A stretch of 64,000 nt of DNA from Candidatus Spongiisociaceae bacterium (GTDB lineage: Bacteria; Actinomycetota; Acidimicrobiia; Spongiisociales; Spongiisociaceae). This document shows, in pieces, positions 19,006 through 27,801 of this stretch. The notes under the pieces are model-generated. The model made no database searches. It was not told the origin of the DNA and saw only the letters and a list, made by a program, of their open reading frames with translations. The DNA is taken from NCBI GenBank assembly GCA_965202665.1, contig OZ241841.1, positions 96,001-160,000 on the forward strand, given 5' to 3'. Both the position numbers and the translations under genes were made by a program. The number at the start of each line of letters is the position of its first letter. Positions within the stretch are counted from its first letter, which is position 1.

Positions 19006-19935
19006 TCAGCCGCCGCCGGAGCCGCCTTGTCTCGCAAAGCTTCGGGAGACGGTCAGATGGGCGTGGAGGACCGCCCACCAGACGCTGACCGCGCCCAGCA
19101 CGTGCAACCCCACCAGAACCTCCGGCACGTCGGTGAAATATTGGACGTAGCCGATGAAGCCCTGCCCGGCTATAACCCCCAGCAGCACGTAAACGGGGCG
19201 CCGGGTTTCCCGGGAGACCCCGGCGCGGGCGAGCATCCACAGGACGGCCAGCGTCATCAGGCAAAAAGCGATGACGCTCAAAGAATGAATGCGGGCCACG
19301 TTGGAAATATCGAAGCCGAGCCGCCGGGCGTGTTCGTCCCCGCCGTGCGGCCCGGAACCGGTAACCAGGGTTCCGTTCACCAAAACCCATCCCGCCGCAA
19401 CGCTGGTCGCCCACAGCATGGCCCGCACCCCCCGCCCCCCGCCGGACGGGATCGTCTCTCGCGGCCCATCGTCCGCATAGCCGGGGCCGGCCCGATGATG
19501 GAGCACCACCGCGTTCCACAACAGGACCATGGACAGCAGAAAATGGGCGATCACCGCCACCGGGGCCAAATCGGAGGTAACCACCCAGCGCCCCAGCACT
19601 ACCTGCGCTGCCACCCCCGCCACCAAGCCCAGCGACCACCATGCCAAGTCCGGACGGCGGGGCCGGCGCCGCCATGAACCCAGCACCGCCAAAACCACCG
19701 CTATCGACACCAGTCCGGTCACCAGCCGATTGCCGAACTCGATTACCGCGTGGTATTCCCAGGGCGGGACGATGCGCTGGTCGGCGCAGGTCGGCCAATC
19801 GGGGCATCCCAATCCCGACCCGGTGAGCCGCACCGCCGCCCCGCTGAGCACGATGGCCCCCAACGCGACGATCGTCCAGAAAGTGATGCGACGGTAGGCC
19901 GCCGCCGAAATTTGAAATTTCACTGGCGGAAACAT
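19006..19935 (-). CDS. ctaA: Heme A synthase (COX15/CtaA family)
   Basis: VRLTGSGLGCPDWPTC, IEFGNRL, AHFLLS, GTLVTGSGPHGGD, GLHVLGA; start either ATG 19935 or GTG 19923. Confidence 0.93.
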   Translation of the reverse strand: MFPPVKFQISAAAYRRITFWTIVALGAIVLSGAAVRLTGSGLGCPDWPTCADQRIVPPWEYHAVIEFGNRLVTGLVSIAVVLAVLGSWRRRPRRPDLAWWSLGLVAGVAAQVVLGRWVVTSDLAPVAVIAHFLLSMVLLWNAVVLHHRAGPGYADDGPRETIPSGGGRGVRAMLWATSVAAGWVLVNGTLVTGSGPHGGDEHARRLGFDISNVARIHSLSVIAFCLMTLAVLWMLARAGVSRETRRPVYVLLGVIAGQGFIGYVQYFTDVPEVLVGLHVLGAVSVWWAVLHAHLTVSRSFARQGGSGGG

Positions 19936-19942
19936 AATAACA

Positions 19943-20872
19943 TTGGCCTCCGTGACCTCCGCCCTAGCCAACCCAACGCCCGCCCCGACGCGCTCCTCCG
20001 CCGCCCGCCGCGCCGCGGCGTGGGCCGCTCTCACCAAACCGCGCATCGTCGGGTTGCTGGTCGTCACCACCGTTCCGTCGATGATTTTGGCCTACGGCGG
20101 ACTCCCTCCCCTGGGGCTGACGGCGGCCGCCGTCGCCGGAGGGGCGCTGTCGGCGATGGGCGCCAACGCCGCCAACATGGTGCTGGACCGCGACATCGAT
20201 CGGATAATGCTCCGCACCCGGGGACGCCCCCTGCCGGCGGGCCGGATCACCCCCCGGGCCGCCGCCCTGCTGGCGGGCGGGTTGCAAATCGCGGCCGCCG
20301 CCGTTCTGATCCTATGGGTGAATGCGCTGAGCGCGGCCCTTACTTTGGCTGCCGCCGCCTTCTACATTTTGGTTTACACCCTGTGGTTGAAGCGCCGCTC
20401 CCCTTCCAACATCGTCATCGGAGGAGCAGCCGGGGCGGTTCCCCCGTTGGTGGGATGGGCGGCGGTGACGGGCGGCTTGGGCTGGGAGCCCGTTTTGCTG
20501 TTCGCCATCGTGTTCTTCTGGACCCCGCCGCATTTTTGGGCGTTGGCGGTGCGTTACCGGGAGGATTACCGGGCGGCCGGGGTTCCCATGTTGCCCGCGG
20601 TGGCCGCTTTGCCTTTGGTGGCTAATCGGATTCTGGCCTATTCCCTCATCGTGGTGGCGCTCAGCCTGGAGTTTGCGCCGGCGGCGGGGATGGGATTGCC
20701 CTATGCGACGGCGGCGGTCGGGCTGGGGGCGGTTTTCCTGGCCCGCGCCCTCGCCTTGCGCCGCGCGCCGGACGCCGCCCGGGCCCGCCGCCTGTTCTCT
20801 TTTTCCATACTTTATTTGGCGGGGTTGTTCGGGGCGGTGGCGGCGGATGCGCTGTGGGCGTCGGTTCGGTAG
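19943..20872 (+). CDS. ctaB: Protoheme IX farnesyltransferase (heme O synthase)
   Basis: LTKPRI, DRDIDRIMLRTRGRP, YTLWLKR, NIVIGG, FFWTPPHFWALA; start may be GTG 19952. Confidence 0.96.
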   Translation: MASVTSALANPTPAPTRSSAARRAAAWAALTKPRIVGLLVVTTVPSMILAYGGLPPLGLTAAAVAGGALSAMGANAANMVLDRDIDRIMLRTRGRPLPAGRITPRAAALLAGGLQIAAAAVLILWVNALSAALTLAAAAFYILVYTLWLKRRSPSNIVIGGAAGAVPPLVGWAAVTGGLGWEPVLLFAIVFFWTPPHFWALAVRYREDYRAAGVPMLPAVAALPLVANRILAYSLIVVALSLEFAPAAGMGLPYATAAVGLGAVFLARALALRRAPDAARARRLFSFSILYLAGLFGAVAADALWASVR

Positions 20873-20897
20873 CCGCCGTCCAGCGCGACCTTGCTGT

Positions 20898-21458
20898 TTA
20901 TCGGAGGGCGCCGTCCGCCGGGCGGGGGCGGATAACGCAGGCGACGGACCGGAGGGGAATCAAGATTTGGCCGCGGGGGGATTCCAGCGCCAGATGGTCG
21001 CGCGCCGCCGTCTCCAGCCTGCCCTGAAAGCGGTTGGCGCTGTCCCGTCCGACCACCTCCACGTTCTCCCCGTAAATCTGCATTTCCGCCAAGCGGGCCG
21101 CGAAAGATTCGGCCTCCATGGGAAGGGAACGGGCCGGGGAGGCGGCGGGGCGGATGATAAGGGCGTCCACGTTGGGAAGGCACACTTCCAGTCCGCCCCG
21201 GACGGTCTGCAAACTCAGCAGATCGCGGCGGGCGTACAACGCCGTCCCCTCCGCCTCGAAGTCCCCCGCCCGCACCTCCACCAGACAGCCGTACTGCGCC
21301 GCCTCCCACGCCGCGTCCGCTAAGCGCCGTCGGCGGGCGGCCAGGACCGCCGCCTGCTGTTCGGCCTTCTCCGACTCGCGGCGCGCCCGGGAGTCCATCC
21401 AGCGGCGCAAATCCGGATCTAAAACATCGTCGTTTTGACGTCGTTCGGAAACTGGCAT
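20898..21458 (-). CDS. Conserved actinobacterial hypothetical protein with two Sm/LSm-like beta repeats
   Basis: Helical N-terminus followed by two similar units (VEVRAG..EGTALYARRDLLSL..VCLPNVDAL / VEVVGR..QGRLETAARDHLAL..IPLRSVACV). Confidence 0.65.
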   Translation of the reverse strand: MPVSERRQNDDVLDPDLRRWMDSRARRESEKAEQQAAVLAARRRRLADAAWEAAQYGCLVEVRAGDFEAEGTALYARRDLLSLQTVRGGLEVCLPNVDALIIRPAASPARSLPMEAESFAARLAEMQIYGENVEVVGRDSANRFQGRLETAARDHLALESPRGQILIPLRSVACVIRPRPADGALR

Positions 21459-21540
21459 GGGACGATTGTAAAACGGACTGAAAATAATGCGGTCGCCCGG
21501 GCGAGGGCCGCCCGGAGCGCGGGCTCGGCGACGGGCCGGG

Positions 21541-21615
21541 TGGTGGGCGCTACTGGGATCGAACCAGTGACCTCTGCCGTGTGAAGGCAGCGCTCTCCCG
21601 CTGAGCTAAGCGCCC
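21541..21615 (-). tRNA. tRNA-Val(CAC)
   Basis: Reverse complement GGGCGCTTAGCTCAGCGGGAGAGCGCTGCCTT-CAC-ACGGCAGAGGTCACTGGTTCGATCCCAGTAGCGCCCACCA; folds as a cloverleaf, CCA encoded. Confidence 0.97.
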
Positions 21616-21770
21616 TCGCTCCGCCCTAAACAATAGCGGACCCGTTGCCGGAGCGGGAACCGTCGCCCAAAATTCTCGCTCTAAACATCATACACCGCCG
21701 TCTGAGCGCGCGGTGGAAACCGACGACCTTTCCGCGCCGCTCCTAAACCCCGACGCCTACAATCGGAAAC

Positions 21771-22484
21771 ATGAACATCTACGGACGTCCTATCCGCCGC
21801 CTCTTCCAACGGGCGGTCGAACGGGCTATATCCGAGTTGCCGCCGGAAGTCGCCCGGCGACTTGAGAACATGGCGGTGGTGATTGAAGACAAACCGGACC
21901 CCGAAGACGACCCATGCGGACAATGCCTACTCTGGTTGCATCACGGCCCCCCAAAGAAGAAACGCGGTTTTGACCGCACCGGGGACCGCATCTCCATATA
22001 CATCAGCAGCCACCTCGCCCTGCAACTCGACGACCCGGAACTAAAAGACCAAATCCGGCACACCGTCCTCCGCGAAATAGGGGATCATCTAGGCGCAGGC
22101 GAGGAACGCCGGCCGAAAAGATACGGACGTTCCATCCGTCGCCTCTTCCAGCAAACGGTGGACCGGGCGATGTCCGAAATACCGCCGGACATCGCCCGCA
22201 AAATAGACAACCTGCTGGTGTTAGTGGAGGACCGGCCCGAACCCGAAGACGACCCGTGCGGACAATGCCTGTTTGGGTTGTTTCAAGGAATCCCCAAGAC
22301 GGAACGGGGGCTTGACTACGCGGGGGCCATGCCCGACCGCATCTCAATCTATATCAGCAGCCACCTCGCCCTGCAACTGGACGACGCGGAACTAAAAGAC
22401 GAAATCCGGCGCACCGTCCTCCACGAAGTCGGCCATCATCTAGGGTTCGACGACCACCGACTAGAAGAACTGGGGTGGGGTTGA
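21771..22484 (+). CDS. Tandem two-domain Zincin_1-family metallopeptidase-like protein
   Basis: Two ~110-aa repeats; the C-terminal copy has TVLHEVGHHLG (HExxH), the N-terminal copy has TVLREIGDHLG. Confidence 0.85.
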   Translation: MNIYGRPIRRLFQRAVERAISELPPEVARRLENMAVVIEDKPDPEDDPCGQCLLWLHHGPPKKKRGFDRTGDRISIYISSHLALQLDDPELKDQIRHTVLREIGDHLGAGEERRPKRYGRSIRRLFQQTVDRAMSEIPPDIARKIDNLLVLVEDRPEPEDDPCGQCLFGLFQGIPKTERGLDYAGAMPDRISIYISSHLALQLDDAELKDEIRRTVLHEVGHHLGFDDHRLEELGWG

Positions 22485-22494
22485 AAGGCTTTGT

Positions 22495-22890
22495 TCAGTT
22501 GCGACTAGTGCGGGATATGCCAGCCCGGCCGAGCACATCCGGGGCGACTCCGGCCGCTCTCCACGCGCTGTAACCAATTCCCTTGCGCTCGGAGTAAGCG
22601 GACGCCACGGCCACGAAGTTGGACTCCAACTGTTCCATGTCGACCGTCTCGGCGGCCGTATTCAGCCGGTCCAGAAGGTCGAACTTCTTCTGGGTGAGAT
22701 CCAACTTCTTGAGGGAGTTGGTCTCAGTCTCCAAGGCCGCCTCGGTGCGCTCCAAGCGCTGGCGCAGGCTGGCCTCATTGCCAGGGCTCCGGGGTGAGCT
22801 GGAGGTGAGGGCGTCCAAATAAGCCTTCACGGCCCGGGACTCTTTCCTGCCCTGCACAATGGCGTCACGGTGCTGTTCGCTGATCGGCAT
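22495..22890 (-). CDS. Conserved hypothetical coiled-coil protein
   Basis: 131-aa ORF (GRKESRAVKAYLDAL...YSERKGIGYSAWRAAGV..VLGRAGI) with an AAGGAAG RBS; resembles a family I recall from Acidimicrobiia. Confidence 0.75.
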   Translation of the reverse strand: MPISEQHRDAIVQGRKESRAVKAYLDALTSSSPRSPGNEASLRQRLERTEAALETETNSLKKLDLTQKKFDLLDRLNTAAETVDMEQLESNFVAVASAYSERKGIGYSAWRAAGVAPDVLGRAGISRTSRN

Positions 22891-23075
22891 TGCCGTATCT
22901 TCCTTTCATAGCGGATATTGCTGACCGCATTTTACACTCCCGTTTAAATAAAGCAAACCGAAAAATCGGAATGGGGAAACAGCGGAGAATAACACCGCCC
23001 GAGACGGCCCTTTCCGGTGGGAAAACCGCCGGGAAAGAACAGAAAAACCCAACTCGGACAGCGGGGAACAATCGG

Positions 23076-23150
23076 TGGTGGGCGCTACAGGATTTGAACC
23101 TGTGACCTCTTCCGCGTCAAGGAAGCGCTCTTCCCCTGAGCTAAGCGCCC
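23076..23150 (-). tRNA. tRNA-Val(GAC)
   Basis: GGGCGCTTAGCTCAGGGGAAGAGCGCTTCCTT-GAC-GCGGAAGAGGTCACAGGTTCAAATCCTGTAGCGCCCACCA. Confidence 0.97.
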
Positions 23151-23165
23151 GTATTTCCCCAGCCG

Positions 23166-23236
23166 AGGCGACGACCGGAATCGAACCGGTGTACCAGCTT
23201 TTGCAGAGCTGTGCCTAACCACTCGGCCACGTCGCC
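23166..23236 (-). tRNA. tRNA-Cys(GCA), CCA not encoded
   Basis: GGCGACGTGGCCGAGTGGTTAGGCACAGCTCT-GCA-AAAGCTGGTACACCGGTTCGATTCCGGTCGTCGCCT. Confidence 0.96.
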
Positions 23237-23238
23237 CT

Positions 23239-23314
23239 TGGAGCGGAAGACGGGATTCGAACCCGCGACCTCAACCTTGGCAAGGTTGCGCTCTACCAAC
23301 TGAGCTACTTCCGC
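23239..23314 (-). tRNA. tRNA-Gly(GCC)
   Basis: GCGGAAGTAGCTCAGTTGGTAGAGCGCAACCTT-GCC-AAGGTTGAGGTCGCGGGTTCGAATCCCGTCTTCCGCTCCA; part of the usual actinobacterial Gly-Cys-Val cluster. Confidence 0.97.
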
Positions 23315-23395
23315 ATTCAGCAACCGTCCAGCGGGGAAACAGTATAGCGACATTTTCAGTGTAGCGGGCGCGGAGGCGGACGCAACCAGGACCGC

Positions 23396-23827
23396 CTACC
23401 GCCCCGTGGAACCGAACCCGCCGTTCCCCCGCTCCGCCTCCCCCAACTCTTCTACTTCAATCACCTCCAGGGTGGTGGCCACCGCCAGCACCACCAGCTG
23501 GGCGATGCGATCTCCCCGCGCCACCGCGTACCGGTCCCGGCCGTGGTTGACCAAAATCACCTTCACCTCCCCCCGGTACCCGGAGTCGATCACCCCGGGG
23601 GAGTTGACCACCCCGATCCCGTACCGGGCGGCCAGCCCGCTGCGGGGAACCACCAGCCCGGCGTAGCCTTCGGGGACGGCCACCGCCACCCCGGTGCCCA
23701 CCACCGCCCGCTCCCCGGACTCGATCACCGTCTTAGCACTGGCGTACAGGTCCAAACCAGCGTCCCCGGGATGGGCCCGTCGCGGCGTGGGTAGTTGCCG
23801 ATCTGATTTCAGGATGCTAATCTGCAT
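23396..23827 (-). CDS. dut: dUTP diphosphatase
   Basis: AGLDL, PRSGLA, GVIDSGYRGE, RIAQL, RGNGGFGSTG; start at ATG 23827. Confidence 0.97.
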   Translation of the reverse strand: MQISILKSDRQLPTPRRAHPGDAGLDLYASAKTVIESGERAVVGTGVAVAVPEGYAGLVVPRSGLAARYGIGVVNSPGVIDSGYRGEVKVILVNHGRDRYAVARGDRIAQLVVLAVATTLEVIEVEELGEAERGNGGFGSTGR

Positions 23828-23913
23828 TGCTTCTATTACTAGCAAGCGACAGATCGGTAGAGCCGGTTGTCCGAAAAAAAAATTTAAGGCGGGGCTCTTG
23901 AGCCGGGCGGAGT

Positions 23914-25608
23914 ATGGCCGAAGGAGCTTTCCCCATCCCCCGAACCGAAACTTCGTCTCCGACATCCGCCGACCCCTCTGTCCCCCCCACCGGCAACACG
24001 GCCTTCGACAACGGATCCGGCAATGGAAAAGGCCGGCATCGGGCGTCCCGTTCTTGGACTCGCCACCACCCCCGGCACGCCCCGGACAAACGCAACGCGG
24101 TGGATTTCTTCCTCCCCTCCTGGCTCATGTCCCCCCGCCTGCCCGATGACCGCCCGACCGGCCCCGCCGCCAACGGAGACCCCGCCCCCGCAAAGATAAA
24201 AAAACCCCCGGCTTCAGCCAACGGAAAAAATACCGCAGGCCAGGATTCCGGAAACCGGGATACCGGCAGCTGGCCGGACCCGGCCCCCGCCCCGGACGGC
24301 CAACTGCCGCTAAACGCAACCGTCCCATCCGACCCCAACGGCGGCAAGCCCGCCCGCCGTCGGACCCCCCGACATAAGCATCCCTCCCCCAACGGAGCGG
24401 GCTCCCGCAACGGCAAAGGCGGCGCCCCCTCCTCCCGCAACGGGGCGAACGGCCGCCGAGCCCCCGCCCCAGCGGCGGTCTACGTCGACCACAGCGACCT
24501 GCTGCCCACCGCCCATCCCGCCGACGGGGGGATGCTGGCCACCCTGCTCGGCTTCGACGAACACCCGGCCCGCTTCGTCACCGCGGTGGGGGAAAACGGA
24601 TGGGAAAACCCGACCGCCCCCCAGTCGGCCTGGGACCTGTTGCCCTCCCTGGACGATGTGGCGCCCGACCAGGAGGCGCCGACCGGCCGGGACGGCAACA
24701 CCGGGGACGCCGTCAAACGACTGTGGGACGCCACCGAACAGATGGATCTCAGCCCCCGACGGAACCCCGACCATCTGCAACCGGTCGACCATCTGAACCG
24801 GAGGCGTATGCGCTGGCCGCTCATACTGGGGGTGCTGGTCATCCTCGCCGGAGGGGTTTTCGTGGGACGGGAACTGACCAGCCGCTCCACCCAGGCCGTT
24901 GCGGCCCGCCAAGCGGAACACGTCGCCGCCGCCGAAAAACTGGACTCCACCCTGCAGCCGTTGGAGTTGCGTTTGGCTTCCATCACCGCCCAGGGGGGGC
25001 TGGATGAAGCCGTCCTGTCCGGGTTGGCCGGCGAACTGGGGCGGCTGGACGGAGCGGCCCGCCAAACTTTGGCCTTGGCCGGCCAGGCCCTGCCCGACTC
25101 TCCTCTGCTGGGATCCTCGGCCCCCGCGGAAGAGTTAACCGCCGAGCAGGAAACTCTGGGGCGGGTCTCCACCCGGGCCCTGATCGTGGAACAGCGGCTG
25201 GCGGCAATGGTGGCCTACGCGCAACCTTACAGCCGGGCCTTCAACCTGCCGGCGATGCCGGAGCGGGCCGCCTCCTCCGCGGAGCTGGACGCCATCACCG
25301 GCGACCTCAACAGAGCCATCGTCGAATCCCGGGACGTCTTGGACGACCTGCCCGACAACCCCGACTTCACCGCCCATCGAAAGGATGCGCTGTCTTATAT
25401 GGCGCTGCTGGAAAACGGGCAAAGCGACTATGTGACCGCACTGCGCTCCGGAGACGAGGCGGGGGCGGGGGCCGCCGCCCGCAACATCGAACAACTGACC
25501 ATCACCCTCGACCAGTCGCTGGCCTGGCAACGGGGGCCGGTGCTGGAATGGGCGCAAGGGGAAATAGGCGACTTGCGCTCCCAGCTCCGTCTAACCGCCG
25601 CTGAATAA
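23914..25608 (+). CDS. Hypothetical single-pass membrane protein (disordered N-terminus, helical C-terminal domain)
   Basis: 564-aa ORF; Pro/Asn-Gly-rich N-terminus, one TM segment (WPLILGVLVILAGGVFV), Ala/Leu-rich helical C-terminus. Confidence 0.75.
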   Translation: MAEGAFPIPRTETSSPTSADPSVPPTGNTAFDNGSGNGKGRHRASRSWTRHHPRHAPDKRNAVDFFLPSWLMSPRLPDDRPTGPAANGDPAPAKIKKPPASANGKNTAGQDSGNRDTGSWPDPAPAPDGQLPLNATVPSDPNGGKPARRRTPRHKHPSPNGAGSRNGKGGAPSSRNGANGRRAPAPAAVYVDHSDLLPTAHPADGGMLATLLGFDEHPARFVTAVGENGWENPTAPQSAWDLLPSLDDVAPDQEAPTGRDGNTGDAVKRLWDATEQMDLSPRRNPDHLQPVDHLNRRRMRWPLILGVLVILAGGVFVGRELTSRSTQAVAARQAEHVAAAEKLDSTLQPLELRLASITAQGGLDEAVLSGLAGELGRLDGAARQTLALAGQALPDSPLLGSSAPAEELTAEQETLGRVSTRALIVEQRLAAMVAYAQPYSRAFNLPAMPERAASSAELDAITGDLNRAIVESRDVLDDLPDNPDFTAHRKDALSYMALLENGQSDYVTALRSGDEAGAGAAARNIEQLTITLDQSLAWQRGPVLEWAQGEIGDLRSQLRLTAAE

Positions 25609-25733
25609 TCCGCCCCGGCGGTTAGCCGAACCCCGGCGGCCCATTGTCCCCCGACGGCCGCGATACGCAGACGGCCGGGGAGAACCGACGATTGTTTAGT
25701 GAACAACCAACCCGCTCATCGCCGTCTCCGCGG

Positions 25734-26177
25734 TCATTGTTCACCCGCTTCATCCGCCGATTCGCCCGCGCCGTCCGACCAGGGAAACTCCCCGCCGAAT
25801 TCGCGGCCGACCATCTGATAGAATGCAGCGGTGGTTTCAGCGCTGGCCGTTATCTGGGTTATCACCGTCAGGTGCTGTTCGCTATAGGTCGCGATAACGG
25901 ATAACGCCAAATTGACCGGCTCCGGGATGGTGACGTCGTCCGATGCCCGAACAGCAGCCATCGCCGCGTTCACTCGCTTATTCGCCCGCCGGAGCCGCTT
26001 ATCCATCTTCCGGAATCGGCGCGCCGCTTCAGCAATATCGTCAACCAAATCGGCGCCTTCGGACAGTATCCCTGACTGCTCCCATGACCGCCGGCCCTCA
26101 TACAAGACGCCGTACGTATGACACCAGGCGGCTATTAGTTCAGCGACCAGCGGGTCCAACGGGTCAAACTCATTCAC
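25734..26177 (-). CDS. Hypothetical protein
   Basis: 147-aa helical ORF with protein-like composition; GTG start coupled to an upstream small ORF. Confidence 0.6.
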   Translation of the reverse strand: MNEFDPLDPLVAELIAAWCHTYGVLYEGRRSWEQSGILSEGADLVDDIAEAARRFRKMDKRLRRANKRVNAAMAAVRASDDVTIPEPVNLALSVIATYSEQHLTVITQITASAETTAAFYQMVGREFGGEFPWSDGAGESADEAGEQ

Positions 26178-26299
26178 CAGGTCCGCCCATCATCATCGCC
26201 CCCCGTCGGGGGAATCGGAGCGGCCCAGTCGCCGTTACCTAACGGTTCGTATTGCCGGCCGGTGACCTCCCGCCGCCCCGTCGCTTTCTCGTCCGTCAT
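26174..26299 (-). CDS. Candidate 41-aa small ORF
   Basis: MTDEKATGRREVTGRQYEPLGNGDWAAPIPPTGGDDDGRTW*; GGAAGGA RBS-like sequence; GTGA overlap with the next ORF. Confidence 0.4.
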   Translation of the reverse strand: MTDEKATGRREVTGRQYEPLGNGDWAAPIPPTGGDDDGRTW

Positions 26300-26364
26300 C
26301 GTTATCCGTTCCTTCCGATTTCCAAAACGGCCAACCCCGAACCGCCGCTGTCAATCTCATCTAT

Positions 26365-26410
26365 GCACCCGCCCAACTAAGAATAACCGCACCCGCCCCA
26401 CTAAGAATAA
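26365..26410. repeat. 22-bp tandem duplication (24-bp period)
   Basis: GCACCCGCCCAACTAAGAATAA (26365-26386) and GCACCCGCCCCACTAAGAATAA (26389-26410), one mismatch. Confidence 0.9.
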
Positions 26411-26439
26411 TTCGACCCGGCCCGGCGGGGGGAGCCCGG

Positions 26440-26898
26440 TCACCCGCCGCGCACCGGGACGACGATTCGCTGGCCGGCCCGCAGGTTGGAGCCGGTCATG
26501 CCGTTGGCCTCCCGGATGTCCGCCGTCAGTGCGCGCAGGTCGCTCCCGCGGTCGGCGTATTCGGAGGCGATGGACCACAACGTGTCGGAGGGGGCCACCA
26601 CATGGGCGACGACGGTCGGCTCCGGCTCGTCGGCCCCCGCCCCCGCCTTCGCCGCCGCCAGCAGAGCCAGCAGGGCCAGCATCGCCGCCACCGCGCACGC
26701 CACCGCCCGCAGCCGCGCCGCCCGGCGTCCCCGGCGGGGCGCGCCCTTCGGCGAAGCGGGGCGGCGAGCCGGACGGACCGCCCGCACCGTCGGAACCGGG
26801 CCCAGCCGGTCGGCGGCGGTTTCCACCCGGCCCCGGACCCGACCCGGGTCATACCCCGCCCGGTAGGCCGCCGCGGAGGATCTGATCGAATTGTCCAT
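26440..26898 (-). CDS. LysM-domain SOS cell-division inhibitor (ChiZ/YneA-like)
   Basis: TM helix plus LysM (HVVAPSDTLWSIA...IREANG..LRAGQRIVVP); divergent from lexA. Confidence 0.88.
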   Translation of the reverse strand: MDNSIRSSAAAYRAGYDPGRVRGRVETAADRLGPVPTVRAVRPARRPASPKGAPRRGRRAARLRAVACAVAAMLALLALLAAAKAGAGADEPEPTVVAHVVAPSDTLWSIASEYADRGSDLRALTADIREANGMTGSNLRAGQRIVVPVRGG

Positions 26899-26945
26899 AA
26901 TGTTTTCCCTTCCTCTCTGCTTGTCGATCCTCTCTCCGCCCGTGG

Positions 26946-27021
26946 AGGAACATATGTTCGATTAGTTACATCCTCAGTATTACCGAACGCGTGTTCGGTG
27001 TCAAATCGAACATATGTTTGT
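26946..27021. promoter_or_regulatory. Three LexA boxes in the lysM-lexA divergent region
   Basis: AGGAACATATGTTCGA (26946-26961), CCGAACGCGTGTTCGG (26983-26998), TCGAACATATGTTTGT (27006-27021); the middle box lies just downstream of a minus-strand TTGACA (27004-26999). Confidence 0.9.
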
Positions 27022-27046
27022 AATCCGTTTAGGCGGCTGATAGAAT
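27018..27046 (+). promoter_or_regulatory. Sigma70-type lexA promoter
   Basis: TTGTAA-17 nt-TAGAAT with a TGn extension; the -35 is overlapped by SOS box 3. Confidence 0.7.
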
Positions 27047-27075
27047 GGGGACGACCCGAAACAGAAGGGAGCGCG

Positions 27076-27774
27076 ATGGAGCGCGGTAAAACGGCCAGCG
27101 GGGGCGGAATGTCCGGACGGGGCGGGCTCAGCCGCCGCCAGACGCAGGTGCTGGAACTGATCAGGGAAACGGTGGCCGAACGGGGATACCCGCCCACGGT
27201 GCGGGAGATCGGGGAGGAGCTGGGGTTGCGTTCCCCTTCCACCGTGCACAGCCACCTGTCGGCGCTGGAACGGGCGGGGGCCATCCGGCGGGACTCGACC
27301 AAACCGCGGGCCATCGCCGTGCTGGTAGGCGACGGACAGGGGGCCGGGGCGGAGCGGTCCGAACCGGGGCGGGAAGTGCCGCTGGTGGGACGGATCGCGG
27401 CCGGGGGTCCCATCTTGGCCGAAGAAAACCTGGAGGAGGTGATGACCCTGCCCGAGTCCCTAGTCGGATCGGGCGAACTGTTCATGCTGGAGGTGCGGGG
27501 CGACTCCATGATCGGAGCGGGCATCCTGGACGGGGATCTGGTGGTGGTGCGCAGCCAACCCGATGTGGAGGATGGGGACATCGCCGCTTTTCTGGTGGAC
27601 GGCGAAGAAGCGACCGTGAAAAGGCTGGAGCGCCGGGACGGACGGGTCATCCTGCATTCGGAGAACCCGGACTACCCGCCAATGGAATTCACCGACGGAG
27701 TGGAATCCCTAGGGCGGGTGGTAACCGTCCTACGCACCCTCCGCCCCAGCCGCACCCATCGCCGCGCCCTATAG
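27076..27774 (+). CDS. lexA: SOS repressor LexA
   Basis: GYPPTVREIG, SPSTVHSHL, GRIAAG cleavage site, VRGDSM, ATVKR. Confidence 0.97.
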   Translation: MERGKTASGGGMSGRGGLSRRQTQVLELIRETVAERGYPPTVREIGEELGLRSPSTVHSHLSALERAGAIRRDSTKPRAIAVLVGDGQGAGAERSEPGREVPLVGRIAAGGPILAEENLEEVMTLPESLVGSGELFMLEVRGDSMIGAGILDGDLVVVRSQPDVEDGDIAAFLVDGEEATVKRLERRDGRVILHSENPDYPPMEFTDGVESLGRVVTVLRTLRPSRTHRRAL

Positions 27775-27801
27775 ACCTAAAGGTCCGTATAGAGAGTAGA
27801 A

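Noticed and set aside
23141-23353. 70-aa ORF on the minus strand
   Set aside because: It is a translation of the tRNA-Gly and tRNA-Cys genes.
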